Source: Thecamonas trahens ATCC 50062
Taxonomy: Eukaryota; Protista; Apusomonadida
DNA length: 64,000 bases
NCBI RefSeq assembly: GCF_000142905.1
Contig: NW_013657607.1
Span: forward strand, 36,066 to 100,065
Reading direction: 5' to 3'
Below, piece by piece: positions 29,301 to 37,630 of the stretch. The position numbers and the translations under genes were made by a program. The notes beneath the pieces are model-generated. The model was not told the DNA's origin. It saw only the letters and a program-made list of their open reading frames with translations, and searched no databases. Every line of letters begins with the position of its first letter. The first letter of the stretch is position 1.

Positions 29301-31366
29301 CCGACGCGAGCTGGCTCGACGCGCTCACGCTCTCGCACCTTGTGGACCACTCCGGGCTTGGCCAGCCGTACGTCTTTGGCCTCCCGTCATGGGTGGCTGC
29401 GTCGGGTGCGCCGGTTGAGCTGATGGAGGGCAAGACGCCCGGGGCGATGGAAGCCGGCTACGCGCCCATCAAGGTGGGCAAGGCGCCCGGCTCGCAGTTT
29501 GGCTACTCGGGCGGGGCCTTTATTCTCGTCCAGCACCTGCTCGAGGCGTTTTCGGGCGTGAGCATTGTGGACTTGATGGAGGCATGGCTCCCGCAGCTCG
29601 GGCTTGACCCGACGACAGAGCTTGTGTTTGGCGACGTCGACGCGGTCCTCCCGGACGGGTACACAGCGGTGGCTGGGGCGCGCGACTCGAAGGCGCCGGT
29701 CCCGCGGCTGCATTTTCCGGCGCTTGCCGCCGGCGCGTGGGGTACGCCGACCTCGATCCTCAAGTTTACGGCGGTGCTCGCGCAGGCGTTTGCCTCGCCG
29801 GGTGCGACGTACCCGCTCTCGCACGACACGGCGGTGCAGATGCTCGGCGCGCCGCTCGATCGCGGGGCGGTGGCGTTCCAGAACGCACGGGCCGGGCGTG
29901 GGCTCTTTGTGGTGCAGGCCGGATCGAACCGGGTCATGATCCACCAGGCGTCCAACGACGGGTACACCGGCATCTACGCGGTGGTCTTCTCAGGCCCGGA
30001 CGCCGGCTCCGGCTTTTGCACGGTCTCGACGGGCGACCTCGCCGGGGTGTACACCAACGTGGAGATGGCGCGCAACGTGCTCCGCGGGCTCGAGTGGACG
30101 GGCGTGGACCTCGATGCCTTTGCGCCGCTCGAGTCCTTCGACCCCTCGCCGTGGCCGGCGCACCAGATCGTGAACCAGGCGTACCGGCAGCTGCTGTTTG
30201 CGGCGTTTGAACCGGCGGTGCCGGAGACCATTGCGCGGCCGGCATCGACGCCGATCCGCGAGCTCAACGAGTACGACGTGGCATCGGGCGCGGCGCTGGT
30301 GGCGACGTCATCGGAGGCCTTTGCGCCGGCGAGCAACCTTGTCGAGCCGCGGGTGGCGGTGTTTGACCCCGAGGCCTTTGGCCTGCAGGGCAAGATCATG
30401 GACTCGTGGGAGACGGCGCGGCACCGGTCGTACCCGCCGCATCCGGGCTACGACACGGCACACTTTGCGGTGACCAAGAGCCCGGCGGCCGTGGGCTACG
30501 TCTGCATCTCGACGCTCTTCCACGACGGCAACCACGCGCAAGCGGCCAGCGTCGAGTACGTGCCGGTCGGCGGCGGCGAGTGGCGCGAGCTGCTGGGCAA
30601 GATCCCGCTCGATGGGCACTCTGAGCACTGGTACGCGCTGGAGACGCCGACGCTCCCGGTGGGCGAGTTCCGAGTGCTCAACTACCCGGACGGCGGCATC
30701 ACCCGGATCGGGCTCTACCCGCCGGGCACGGCCGGGCTGCCTGCGGGCCTTGCGCCTGGCGCGCCCGTGGTGGTCCGGTCGGCGGCGCCGATCCCCAAGG
30801 TCGTTCCGGTCACGCACCACATGGCCGAGGCATTCCGCGCCCAGGCGCGCGGCATCAAGCCAAAGGGCGCGCCGCTGGCCGACGCGGCGTGTCTGGCGGC
30901 CGGCGGGCTCGTCGTCGCCGCGTCCAACGAGCACTACGGCCCGGCGGTGGCTGCGCTCGCGGCGTACCCGCCGATGGGCATGTTTGACGGCTTTGAGTCG
31001 GCGCGCTCGCGGGTGGCCGGCCACGTCGACTGGCTGGAGATTGCCCTTGCCGAGCCGACAGTCCTCGGTGCCGTCGTCCTCGACTTTGCCTTTTTCCGCA
31101 ACAACAACCCGTGGCGGGTCACCGTCCTCGCTCTCCGCCCGGGCGCCGACGGCAGCGCCGACTCTGACTGGCTCCCGCTCGTCGACCGCCTCCTCACCAA
31201 GGAGTACGCTGGCAACGTTCTTGTCGTCCGCGCTGGCGACCACATCGCCCTCTCGGCGTCGTACGCCTGGTCGCAGCCCATCACTCGGGTCAAGGTCATC
31301 TCCGAGCCCGACGGCGGCATCAACCGTGTCCGTCTCCTCCGTGCGCCGCCTGCCTCTAAGCTCTAG
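26333..31366 (+). CDS. Peroxisomal four-domain fusion: malate synthase / OHCU decarboxylase / beta-lactamase-family serine hydrolase / allantoicase, with PTS1 (SKL)
   Basis: Uninterrupted 1677-aa ORF. Malate synthase (about 26735-28400): ADDEDS, KRIPG, YVPKLE, VLEN, GWHDY, GGM, DGFWVAHP, WLVGNGCV, MDDLATTERSR. OHCU decarboxylase (about 28420-28842): FHGDIG, EQAGV, YAAKYGFKFLISAAGKS, IALRRL. Serine hydrolase (about 28870-30090): FQMASMSK, YSGG, HQASNDGY. Allantoicase (about 30270-31345): GKIMDSWETARH, YPDGGITR, MFDGFESARSR, PDGGINRVR. Ends SKL-stop. Confidence 0.93.
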   Translation: MNFHTPFVSGATLQAQPHTPWPGSDRLAYTEPAGGKAAGSSAVAALVNVTTGKVLTRVYEAAAGALRAVLAARAGDRAAIDRWTRAAAAENAARGLSVGDDGYLSVLGVGACGRTPLGPLGEGWRTGGGAPVAPLPPHLRGFHVTLFGPPDSAKLAVNAMNAAGRKLPGEPALVAELVAAAGMVPKWGADDEDSKTPLFGDLAAAAHHLNACFDGSLETTDAASGKHYAIAPAEPAAGVFPSLPIKRIPGLDLPCLAVTIADEAAAGGRDTVPLHMLDLVAHVVANAHRPEALTFYVPKLENEEEAAYLSLLIGAVEEAIVALGVAPDYVPGTIRVILVLENPRAVFRVHEMMDALYPYFAGASLGWHDYLASTARLFAHDPQYSIPVKADPDIVIKHIKESHVMLADVVGARGGLKIGGMYGILPSSRELADPSMQVTLIGYVRDVVTQLKRGLDGFWVAHPDFVRIGIAIVQAWRSDALPALISALILDPASAAELEAFVAGPDIDGLAVDDPKYPRALLAADVGVSNVVANSDEAEVRYNIFQALQYLADWLVGNGCVALPTTVRGVAVRVMDDLATTERSRWELWAELFHGRVDVYDYLRFVEEELNYIRRDKTDGLKAVQVKWARAEKWYPVAANILLLLTLPTPDGSIIEFAPRLLLPFTLDAVRSAADPWAAATALEPAKFALPARVLRWRTLFAAIAHPRLALAFSHTNFPDAGRVAAYLLDEPDTRLTVDDVIYAADFHGDIGAAARAAAHEQAEQAGVAGSGLEGELVAGAEAYAAKYGFKFLISAAGKSGAELLAELNTRLHDSSPEAELAEASAQLTAIALRRLRGDDSVSASTAEWLVALAGSHGVESVGYACLSRGDTLLEPPTAAAESMIKHSVLEVVASRSDLEWRAPLPQVVEAQTVVAGASACPTSSLFQMASMSKTLGTALALEYFVGTASRFLPNAVPVVGFGLETPVAAMLAACGSPFVLELDESVPGADASWLDALTLSHLVDHSGLGQPYVFGLPSWVAASGAPVELMEGKTPGAMEAGYAPIKVGKAPGSQFGYSGGAFILVQHLLEAFSGVSIVDLMEAWLPQLGLDPTTELVFGDVDAVLPDGYTAVAGARDSKAPVPRLHFPALAAGAWGTPTSILKFTAVLAQAFASPGATYPLSHDTAVQMLGAPLDRGAVAFQNARAGRGLFVVQAGSNRVMIHQASNDGYTGIYAVVFSGPDAGSGFCTVSTGDLAGVYTNVEMARNVLRGLEWTGVDLDAFAPLESFDPSPWPAHQIVNQAYRQLLFAAFEPAVPETIARPASTPIRELNEYDVASGAALVATSSEAFAPASNLVEPRVAVFDPEAFGLQGKIMDSWETARHRSYPPHPGYDTAHFAVTKSPAAVGYVCISTLFHDGNHAQAASVEYVPVGGGEWRELLGKIPLDGHSEHWYALETPTLPVGEFRVLNYPDGGITRIGLYPPGTAGLPAGLAPGAPVVVRSAAPIPKVVPVTHHMAEAFRAQARGIKPKGAPLADAACLAAGGLVVAASNEHYGPAVAALAAYPPMGMFDGFESARSRVAGHVDWLEIALAEPTVLGAVVLDFAFFRNNNPWRVTVLALRPGADGSADSDWLPLVDRLLTKEYAGNVLVVRAGDHIALSASYAWSQPITRVKVISEPDGGINRVRLLRAPPASKL

Positions 31367-31399
31367 TGACCTTGGCATAAAGTCAGTCAACTTGCGTCG

Positions 31400-31553
31400 T
31401 GCTTGCCCCCCCTCTGCCCCCCTCTGCCCCATCACCGTATCCCATCCCCCTCTGCCCCCCTCTGCCCCATCACCGTATCCCATCCCCCTCTGCCCCCCTC
31501 TGCCCGATCACCGTATCCCATCCCCCCTCTGCCCCCCCTCTGCCCCCATCACC
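31400..31553. repeat. C-rich ~38-bp tandem repeat running into an assembly gap
   Basis: Repeated ccccctctgccccatcaccgtatcccat units abutting the Ns. Confidence 0.8.
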
Positions 31554-31813
31554 NNNNNNNNNNNNNNNNNNNNNNNNNNNNNNNNNNNNNNNNNNNNNNN
31601 NNNNNNNNNNNNNNNNNNNNNNNNNNNNNNNNNNNNNNNNNNNNNNNNNNNNNNNNNNNNNNNNNNNNNNNNNNNNNNNNNNNNNNNNNNNNNNNNNNNN
31701 NNNNNNNNNNNNNNNNNNNNNNNNNNNNNNNNNNNNNNNNNNNNNNNNNNNNNNNNNNNNNNNNNNNNNNNNNNNNNNNNNNNNNNNNNNNNNNNNNNNN
31801 NNNNNNNNNNNNN
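31554..31813. other. Assembly gap (N run)
   Basis: Run of N. Confidence 1.
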
Positions 31814-31888
31814 TCCCCTCCCACCCGATCCCCGTCAGGCACCCACTCCCCTCCCCCCCCCCCCCCCCACCGCAACCAACCAACCCCA

Positions 31889-32824
31889 ATGTCCTCCCTC
31901 CTCCGCGCCGTGTCAGGCGCCACAGCGGGCGTGGTGGCCATGACCGCCACCTACCCCCTCTCCACCCTCGCCCTCCTGGCCCAGACCGCCACACCGTCCA
32001 CGCCCGCCACACCGTCCACGCCCTCCACACCGTCCACGCCCTCGCTCGCCGAGCTGTACGCCGGCCTCCGCCCGGCCCTCGTTGGCATCGCCGTCTCCGA
32101 GGGCGTCTTCTACCTAGCCTTCTCCTCCGCCCGCTCCGCATACCGCGCCGCCACGGGCGCTGCCACCGGTGCCGCCCTCCCACCGCTGGCTCACCTCGGC
32201 CTCGCCGCCGCCGCAGGCATGGTCAACGTCCTCGTCACCAACCCCATCTGGGTCGTCAACAACCGCTGCATCACCGACCGCAAGGCTGCCGCAGACGCAG
32301 ACGCAGACGCAGACGCTGTCGCAGACGCCGGCCTGCTCGCCACTCTTGCCCGCATCGTGGCCGACGAGGGCCTGGGCGCGCTGTACAAGGGCCTGGCCCC
32401 GGCCATGGTCCTCGTCGTCAACCCCATCATCACCTACACCATCTTCGAGTCGCTCAAGCCGGCCTTTGCCCCGCTCTCGCGCCTCTCGCGCTTCCTTCTC
32501 GGCGCCCTGGCCAAGACCATCGCCACCCTCGCCACCTACCCCTACGTCGTCGCCAAGTCGCGCATGCAGGCCGACAAGTCGCGCCGCAACATCGCCGCTG
32601 GCAGCTCAGCCTCGGCCTCGGCCCGCCCAGCCTCGGCCCGCGCCATCCTCACCGACATCTACGCCACCGGCGGTCTGCCGGCCCTCTACGCCGGCATCGG
32701 CGTCAAGCTCCTCCAGTCCGTCTCCCGCAACGCCCTCCTCTTCCTCATCGAGGACGAGGTCTTCAAGACCCTGCTGCTTGTCCTCAAGCTCATTGCCGGC
32801 GCATCGGGCCGCGCTGTCGCCTAA
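31889..32824 (+). CDS. Mitochondrial-carrier-family (SLC25) transporter of the peroxisomal PMP34/SLC25A17-PMP47-PXN type (311 aa)
   Basis: Three carrier repeats: TYPLSTL, TNPIWVVNNR and TYPYVVAKSRMQ. Also EGLGALYKGLAPAMVLVVNPIITYTIFESLK and FLLGALAKTIATLATYP. The NPIWVV and LVxNP signatures are typical of the peroxisomal subfamily. Confidence 0.88.
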   Translation: MSSLLRAVSGATAGVVAMTATYPLSTLALLAQTATPSTPATPSTPSTPSTPSLAELYAGLRPALVGIAVSEGVFYLAFSSARSAYRAATGAATGAALPPLAHLGLAAAAGMVNVLVTNPIWVVNNRCITDRKAAADADADADAVADAGLLATLARIVADEGLGALYKGLAPAMVLVVNPIITYTIFESLKPAFAPLSRLSRFLLGALAKTIATLATYPYVVAKSRMQADKSRRNIAAGSSASASARPASARAILTDIYATGGLPALYAGIGVKLLQSVSRNALLFLIEDEVFKTLLLVLKLIAGASGRAVA

Positions 32825-33109
32825 AACCCGCTCCTCGCGCCCTTTGACCACCAGCCTGCATGCCCAAGGGGGTAGGGGGTACAAACCCATTTGGCGAGGG
32901 GACAATTTGGCAGTCGAACCAATAAAATGCTCAGCCAGACTCTCTGGGTTTGAATGCGTTCATCCTATGCTGAAAATACCCGATCCCGTCTCGCTCTCGG
33001 AAGTCAAGCAGCATGAGGCTTGGTTAGTACTGTGGTGGGGGACCACACGGGAATACCGAGTAACGCATTCTTTTTTATTTTTGCCCAGCTACACACCCTC
33101 CTTGCATGC

Positions 33110-33134
33110 ATGCATGCATGCATGCACCCACACC

Positions 33135-33180
<46 letters not shown>
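33110..33180. repeat. (TGCA)n and (CA)n microsatellites
   Basis: Directly visible in the intergenic region between convergent genes. Confidence 0.85.
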
Positions 33181-33181
<1 letters not shown>

Positions 33182-33408
33182 ATCGTCGCACTTTGGGGGA
33201 CAGATGAACGCATTCTTTTTTTTTTATCTTTTTGTCTCAAACCACACCCTCCCTCTCAGCCCGCTACTATCCGCCCCACCCAGCTCATCATCGCACATCG
33301 TCTTGTGTGCAGTGGCGGGTCCTTTTTATTTGGCCTCAAACCACACATCCTCCCCACATCCATCTCCTGCTCCTGGCTGTTGCTATCGCCGGCGAGCTGC
33401 TATACCGA

Positions 33409-35096
33409 CTATGGCTTGTGCTCAGCGGTCATGGCCACAAGTGCGGCCAGCCAGGCGCGGGCAAAGGCGGCGACGAGGTCGGCATCGACCAGCTCGGCAG
33501 CGTAGCAGACGACGGCAGAGAGCTCACCGCCGAGTGTCATCGTCCGCAGAGCAAGGAGGCCGTTTGAGCACGCGGCCGACTGGCCCCACACCGCCGACTC
33601 GATGACCGCGCCCGAGGTCGGCGCCGCCAGCGCATCAGCTGCGCCGAGGTTGGACACCTCCACCGTGGACTCGCGTAGATCGGCAGCCGCCGCCAGCGCC
33701 GCCTTCTCCGCCGCCATCCATCGGCTCGCCGGCGCCGGTACCAGCGGCATGAGGCCCGGCAGCCTCGCCGCACGGCTCATGCCGCGGACCAACTCGGCCC
33801 GCACCGCACGCGCCTCGGCCCACAGCGATGCGCCGCCGCCTCCGGCCACCGTCCGGCAGCCGCCGAGCGAGCGATAGATCGCCACCGACGACGAAAACGC
33901 CCCGAGATCGGCTGCCGGCGGCGGCGCGATGTCTGCTCGCAGCGCGTTGCGCGCCAGGGAGACCGGCGTCTCGATGCGGATGGCCAAGGTGTTGGCGGCG
34001 TCGTCGTCGGCGGTGACCTGACCACCGCCGCGCCGGCCGCCGCCACAAACGCGGCGTGGAACCGATGGGTCTGCCTCAAGCGCCGCCGCTCGTGCCGCGC
34101 TATCCAGTCCGCGCGGTGCCTCTCCGCGAAGGACTGGCTCGGTGAGAATGAAGGCAGTTCAGCTTTGCGGTAGCGATGCTCGTGAAGGACGGCGAACCTA
34201 TGGCTTGTCCGCCAGCCCGCAGATTTAACTGACCGACGCAAGTCTCAGATGAGCGTTCCGCCGCCAAGACACATCGTGCAACCGGCGGCCGATAAACCTT
34301 GTGCTTGNNNNNNNNNNNNNNNNNNNNNNNNNNNNNNNNNNNNNNNNNNNNNNNNNNNNNNNNNNNNNNNNNNNNNNNNNNNNNNNNNNNNNNNNNNNNN
34401 NNNNNNNNNNNNNNNNNNNNNNNNNNNNNNNNNNNNNNNNNNNNNNNNNNNNNNNNNNNNNNNNNNNNNNNNNNNNNNNNNNNNNNNNNNNNNNNNNNNN
34501 NNNNNNNNNNNNNNNNNNNNNNNNNNNNNNNNNNNNNNNNNNNNNNNNNNNNNNNNNNNNNNNNNNNNNNNNNNNNNNNNNNNNNNNNNNNNNNNNNNNN
34601 NNNNNNNNNNNNNNNNNNNNNNNNNNNNNNNNNNNNNNNNNNNNNNNNNNNNNNNNNNNNNNNNNNNNNNNNNNNNNNNNNNNNNNNNNNNNNNNNNNNN
34701 NNNNNNNNNNNNNNNNNNNNNNNNNNNNNNNNNNNNNNNNNNNNNNNNNNNNNNNNNNNNNNNNNNNNNNNNNNNNNNNNNNNNNNNNNNNNNNNNNNNN
34801 NNNNNNNNNNNNNNNNNNNNNNNNNNNNNNNNNNNNNNNNNNNNNNNNNNNNNNNNNNNNNNNNNNNNNNNNNNNNNNNNNNNNNNNNNNNNNNNNNNNN
34901 NNNNNNNNNNNNNNNNNNNNNNNNNNNNNNNNNNNNNNNNNNNNNNNNNNNNNNNNNNNNNNNNNNNNNNNNNNNNNNNNNNNNNNNNNNNNNNNNNNNN
35001 NNNNNNNNNNNNNNNNNNCGCCCACCACGCCCATCCGCCGCGCCGCCCCGGCACACCGCGCCCGACCACCTCCACCACTTTGCGCGCCACTTCCAT
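33409..35096 (-). CDS. Probable CoA-dependent acyltransferase (alcohol acetyltransferase / PapA5 condensation-like); spans the gap, frameshift at about 34017
   Basis: The C-terminal part has FHAAFVAAAGAA, PVSL..., VEVSNLG, AVWGQSA and MTLGGELSAVVCY, as in CAT-like acyltransferase C-lobes. The HxxxD region would fall in the N gap, so it cannot be seen. The 5' start is tentative. Confidence 0.5.
34308..35018. other. Assembly gap (N run)
   Basis: Run of N. Confidence 1.
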
Positions 35097-35236
35097 GCTG
35101 TTGCTGCGGTGGCGGCGCGGGAGTGCGGTGCTGCCGCTCTTCGACGCGCGAGGCGCTTGCCGCTTGTATTGAGGAGCAACGGTCGTGGTGTTGTCACGGT
35201 AGATGTGTGCAAAAATATTTTGCTTCGTATCAATGT

Positions 35237-37243
35237 TTACTCCTCGCCACCTGGCCCGCTGTCCGAGTACTCGTCGATGGCGACAATGGCGCCCGAGAGT
35301 GCCGAGGCGGTCAGGCCGGGGTGGGCGGCGTCGAGCTGGGCACGGAGCTGGGCGACCGAGGTGTTGGCGGCGCAGCCGAGGAGGTGGCAGACCGCGTTGG
35401 GGACGTAGCCATCGGGGAGGAGGTGCTCCGACGAGCTCATGACGACGACAAAGGCGGCGAGGACGGGCGGCGGGAGGTAGGCGGCGGCGAGCTCGATGAC
35501 ACGGACAACGCCCTTGCCGAAGCGGACCGAGTTGAGGACGGCGGCGGCATCGCGGAGGTTACCCGACGATGCGATGGCCACCGCGCCCTTGGTGTACGCC
35601 CCGGCCTCGAGGTAGACGGCCCAGGCGAGCGAGGGCGCGCCCATGTCAAGCAGCACGTCGCCGAGAGAGGGCACAAGCTCGTTCGCCCGCATGACGAGGG
35701 TGAAGAACTTGACGGCGTCGTACGGCGCGCCCGTCGCCACATCGACCGCGTCCAGCGCCGCCAGGATCTCCTCCGCCGCCAGACCCTCGCCGCCGGCAAA
35801 GAGCGCGTCGAGATAGGCCGAGAGGAGCTCCACGCCGCCGCCCTGCGCCACCGCCAGCGCACGCCGTCGCTCGTCCATCATGACCAGCGAACGGAGCGCC
35901 CGTACCGCTCCCGGCACATCGCCGTCACCCGCCGCAGCAGCCGCCCGCTCCGCCAGCTCCGTCGCCAGCGCCGCCGCCTTCAGCCGCTCTTCGGACACAA
36001 TGGCGAGCTTGGCCTCGGCCAGCGGACCGTACGCCGCGTACTCGCCTCCTGCCGCGTGGAAGGCGGCACGAACGTCGGGCCACGGCAGGCCGCCACGATG
36101 AGCAGCGGCGGCGATGAGGCTCCGCCGCAGCGGCGGTGAGTCCACTGCCGCCAGTGGCAGCCCGCACACCGCCGCACGCTGCACGCACGTGTACCACTTG
36201 TCGTCCTGCGGCTGCGTCTGCGTCTTGCCCAGAAGCTCGATTTTGATGACCTCGCCAAGTGCAAGCACCGGCACCACCGCCACGTCGTTTCCGCTCTCCT
36301 CGGCGTGGATCTCCGCCGAGACGTATGTCCACACCCCGTCCGGGCCCTCCCTCGCCACGCCGTCGCCTCCTGCAATCGCGCCCGGCGAGATGGCCGCTCC
36401 TCGGTCGCCGGGCGCCATGACCAGCGCTCGCGATGAGGTCGCGGACACAGCCTCGCCCTCCTCTCCCTCCTCACTCTCCTCGCCCTCGCCCTCGCCCTCG
36501 CCCTCGCCCGAGTCACGCGGGAGAAAGCCGATCGAGAAGCGGTAGGTCACCGGGGCGTACGTCGGCTCGCCCGGCTGGAAGACAGCCTGGAACGGCTTGA
36601 TGGCCAGGTGGGTGACGATGGCCGGCGCGTCGAGGCGGAGGAGAAGGTACTCGTTGGCATCGGCTGTCTCGGAGCCGATCGACGACCAGAACGACATCGA
36701 GTTGTCCAGCACCTCGCACGGGCCCTGGTCGACGTACCCGGCGCCGGTCTTCGGGTCGATGTCCACCGACGATGCGTCGGCTGCCTCCACCACCAGCGGC
36801 ACAACCCGCTCCGGTACCGCCAGCTTCTGCAGCGCCACGTACGCCTCGCGCCACTCGCTCCGCTGCAGCGGCAGGTTGCGCGCCAGCACCCTGCCGCCCG
36901 CCGACAGCCGCCGCCCATCGTCAGGGCCATCGCCGCCATCACCACCATCGCCGCCATCGCCGCCATCGCCGCCATCGCCATCCTCGCCGCCATCATCGTC
37001 GCCTTCGCCGTCTTGGCCGCCTTCGTCTCCGCCCCCACTTTCGCCATTGCCTCGGCCTCGGCCCGCCCCGCGGCCCTCGGCCCGCCCCGCCAGCGCCCGC
37101 CAGAGCGATCCGTCGCCGGCCGCCGCCCGCCAGCGGCGACTCACCCTGCTTGCCGCCGCCAGCGACACGGGGTCCAGGAAGCTCAGTACATGCAGCACAA
37201 GCTCGACGGGCAGCCCATACGTGCTTCCAAACGGGTCCTCCAT
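35237..37243 (-). CDS. F-box protein with a galactose-binding-like domain resembling the plant At4g00755 family, plus a helical C-terminus
   Basis: F-box LPVELVLHVLSFLDPVSLAAASRVSRRWR. Motifs SFWSSIG, IKPFQAVFQPGEPTYAP, WTYVS and IELLGKTQTQPQDDKWYTCV. ATG 37243 preferred. Confidence 0.85.
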   Translation of the reverse strand: MEDPFGSTYGLPVELVLHVLSFLDPVSLAAASRVSRRWRAAAGDGSLWRALAGRAEGRGAGRGRGNGESGGGDEGGQDGEGDDDGGEDGDGGDGGDGGDGGDGGDGPDDGRRLSAGGRVLARNLPLQRSEWREAYVALQKLAVPERVVPLVVEAADASSVDIDPKTGAGYVDQGPCEVLDNSMSFWSSIGSETADANEYLLLRLDAPAIVTHLAIKPFQAVFQPGEPTYAPVTYRFSIGFLPRDSGEGEGEGEGEESEEGEEGEAVSATSSRALVMAPGDRGAAISPGAIAGGDGVAREGPDGVWTYVSAEIHAEESGNDVAVVPVLALGEVIKIELLGKTQTQPQDDKWYTCVQRAAVCGLPLAAVDSPPLRRSLIAAAAHRGGLPWPDVRAAFHAAGGEYAAYGPLAEAKLAIVSEERLKAAALATELAERAAAAAGDGDVPGAVRALRSLVMMDERRRALAVAQGGGVELLSAYLDALFAGGEGLAAEEILAALDAVDVATGAPYDAVKFFTLVMRANELVPSLGDVLLDMGAPSLAWAVYLEAGAYTKGAVAIASSGNLRDAAAVLNSVRFGKGVVRVIELAAAYLPPPVLAAFVVVMSSSEHLLPDGYVPNAVCHLLGCAANTSVAQLRAQLDAAHPGLTASALSGAIVAIDEYSDSGPGGEE

Positions 37244-37630
37244 CCTCTCTTTTTTGCGCTTCCACAGAGTGCCGTGCCGCCCCGCACGGCCTCTGCGCCC
37301 ATCCCCCTCCCTGCTCGCCGGCTGACAACGCGACTCGCCGTGGGGCTCCCCCCCGTCTCCCTCTCGGTCCAACCTCGCCACAATTTTTTTGGCGTGGGGC
37401 ACCCCCCACCCCCCACCGCCCCGTGCCGACCACACACTCCGCTGCCAGCTCCTCACCGCGGAAGATGTGGCCTTGGGTGAGTGGGTGAATCAATGGGTGT
37501 TAATCGGCGGCGATGAGGCGGAAGTGTCGGGTGTCACTCCGGCCAGTGTCGGAGGGCGGGCGGGCGGGTGGAGGGGGCGGGCGCAAGGGGAAAGCATATG
37601 ATTGCGCGAACCACGGAGAACCACAGTCGG

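Noticed and set aside
28870-30090. Antibiotic-resistance beta-lactamase
   Set aside because: The domain is internal to a peroxisome-targeted metabolic fusion with no secretion signal. The fold family includes many amidases and esterases.
31399-35408. ORFs containing long X runs
   Set aside because: Artefacts of translating through N gaps.
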